Shown one piece after another: positions 62,767 through 64,000 of a stretch of 64,000 nt of DNA; within the stretch, counting starts at the first letter, position 1, and each line of letters begins with the position of its first letter. Source of the DNA: an uncultured Dehalococcoidia bacterium (lineage in GTDB: Bacteria > Chloroflexota > Dehalococcoidia > Lucifugimonadales > CATQGZ01); assembly GCA_958295685.2 (NCBI GenBank), contig OY282365.1, positions 702,975 to 766,974 of the forward strand. Reading direction: 5' to 3'. Made by a program: the position numbers and the translations under genes. Under the pieces are notes generated by a model, which ran no database searches, had not been told where the DNA came from, and saw only the letters and a program-made list of their open reading frames with translations.

Positions 62767-63006
62767 TCAACCGCCGTCACTGTGGACGGGCCGGTATGGA
62801 GTGTCGAGTATCCAGAGCACCTCGTCCATCGGCCCCACCAGGTCTGAATGCACCAACTGATCCGGTCCGAACACCACACTCCCGACGGCCGTGCTGTTCC
62901 CGGTCGCCACCTCCACCACGTCGCCGGACGACAGGTTCAGGTCGCCCGCGTCGACGTAGTGGACGCGCCCGGACGGCTCGAACCTCACCCCTGCGACGTT
63001 TGCCAT
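62767..63006 (-). CDS. truncated RicT/YaaT (PSP1)-like N-terminal fragment
   Basis: VAGVRFEPSGRVHYVDAGDLNLSSGDVVEVATGNSTAVGSVV parallels the N-terminus of YaaT/RicT. That gene is conserved downstream of holB. The ORF stops after 79 aa and the PSP1 domain is absent. Confidence 0.5.
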   Translation of the reverse strand: MANVAGVRFEPSGRVHYVDAGDLNLSSGDVVEVATGNSTAVGSVVFGPDQLVHSDLVGPMDEVLWILDTPYRPVHSDGG

Positions 63007-63022
63007 CGGACTCCTCCGTTCT

Positions 63023-64000
63023 CTACGGCCTGGGCAGACGGAGCATGAGCTGCTCCAGCGCCAGCCTCGGATTGACGTTCAGCCTCAGCATGTCCAGCGC
63101 CTCTCCCACGGCGTGGAGCGCACCCACTATCCGACCCGAGGACAGCGTGGAAGCGGTCGAGCGAAGCGCGTCCATCATCGAGAGGCTGACCGCCAGGTCC
63201 TCCCTGCCCTCCTTGACCAGCAGGACGTCCCTGAGCCATGACCGCCACAGCTCCAACTCCTGAGCCACCGAGTCCTGGTCATTCGGAAACCGCGCGGCAA
63301 GCCCGCCGGCATATGCGAACCGCTTCTCCAGCGTGCCCGACATAACCTCGCGGACCCCCTCGACGCGCTCCGACCGGCCGTCGACCATGTCCGGCTCCTC
63401 TAGGGCTCGCAGAGCCCAGCCCAGCCTACCCCCGGACAGCCTGGCAGTCTCCTCCACGCGCGAGGGATCGGCTCCACCGCGGGAGCGCAGCGCCTCCGCT
63501 ACCTGCTCCGGCGGCAGCGGCCGCAGCTCGATCTGCCTGCAGCGCGACACCACGGTCAGAGGAAGGACGGACGGCTCCGAGGCGAGCAGAATCAGCGCCA
63601 CCTGCTCAGGCGGCTCCTCCAGCGTCTTGAGGAGCGCATTGGCGGCCTCGGGGGTGAGCCGCTCGGCGGCCTCGATGATGAACACGCGCGAGCGTCCCTC
63701 GAAAGGCTTGAGATTGGCCTCCCTCTCCAGGGCGCGCACGTCGTCGATGCCAATGCTGGGCCTGCTCCGGGCAGCCTCATCCCCCCCGTATCCGGGACCC
63801 ACGACGCGCACGTCGGCGTGAAGCCCCTGGGATATGCGGCCGCACTGACGGCACTCGGCACAGGGAGGGTCGGCAGAGGCGCAGTTGACCATTCGCGCTA
63901 GGTCCCTGGCCAGCGTCATCTTGCCCACGTGGGCCGGCCCGGCAATCAGATAGGCGTGGGAAGGGCGTCCCTCTTTCAGGCCGCGCTTCAAGGCGTTGAC
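63023..64000 (-). CDS. holB: DNA polymerase III delta' subunit (5' end beyond the window)
   Basis: The sequence reads GRPSHAYLIAGPAHVGKMTLARDLA…CAECRQC…VFIIEAAERLTPEAANALLKTLEEPP. The frame is still open at 64000. Confidence 0.85.
   Translation of the reverse strand, partial: VNALKRGLKEGRPSHAYLIAGPAHVGKMTLARDLARMVNCASADPPCAECRQCGRISQGLHADVRVVGPGYGGDEAARSRPSIGIDDVRALEREANLKPFEGRSRVFIIEAAERLTPEAANALLKTLEEPPEQVALILLASEPSVLPLTVVSRCRQIELRPLPPEQVAEALRSRGGADPSRVEETARLSGGRLGWALRALEEPDMVDGRSERVEGVREVMSGTLEKRFAYAGGLAARFPNDQDSVAQELELWRSWLRDVLLVKEGREDLAVSLSMMDALRSTASTLSSGRIVGALHAVGEALDMLRLNVNPRLALEQLMLRLPRP

Overview
This is a high-G+C, densely coded bacterial chromosomal segment with about 57 protein genes and 2 tRNAs. 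I saw no rRNA, CRISPR array, integrase or transposase. The gene content fits a Chloroflexota- or Actinomycetota-like organism: an 11-subunit nuo operon, a PAC2 protein, selenoprotein use and frequent leaderless starts. I cannot assign taxonomy from this window.

Gene order, left to right:
- A frameshifted DUF418 gene, then two tandem D-threonine-aldolase-like genes, an amidohydrolase-like gene, a sulfite-oxidase-like gene and an Fe-ADH.
- Mrp/ApbC, a DNA-methyltransferase remnant, a DUF59 Fe-S protein and uvrB.
- A peptide-type ABC binding protein with 2 permeases.
- A tRNA-flanked selenoprotein module.
- A malate-synthase-like gene, an HpcH aldolase, aminopeptidase N, a crotonase and a large GT-C-like membrane protein.
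- gmk-aroA-tyrA and a HesB/IscA-like gene.
- A restriction-modification island of about 9.6 kb.
- An MBL hydrolase, lysA, a rhomboid protease, an MFS transporter and an HTH-fused inositol-3-phosphate synthase.
- A small ORF with ftsZ, then a hydrolase, PAC2, an enolase-superfamily enzyme, a NUDIX hydrolase and nadK.
- nuoABCDHIJK-(DUF2007)-LMN, a truncated RicT-like ORF, and holB, which is partial at the window edge.

Most notable observations:
1. A ferredoxin:thioredoxin-reductase-like gene has in-frame TGA codons at both redox-active Cys positions (CPU...CPC...CIU). Next to it is a glutaredoxin/NrdH-like gene whose active site reads UGPC. Both sit between tRNA-Val and tRNA-Asp.
2. In a Type III-like RM island, res and mod are separated by four uncharacterised genes, three of them translationally coupled and one TIGR04255-like. 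Two more unknown genes follow mod.
3. A four-helix-bundle gene (23S-IVS protein family) is nested inside the mod ORF in another reading frame. It is bounded by 12-nt inverted repeats.
4. Five copies of a promoter-bearing intergenic repeat family are present. Each has a near-consensus sigma70 promoter, a 10-11-nt phased array with a TGTC core, a conserved CAGCTACGA core and a co-varying inverted copy of the unit. Each points into the adjacent gene.

All calls come from reading the translations and the sequence by eye. No searches were run.
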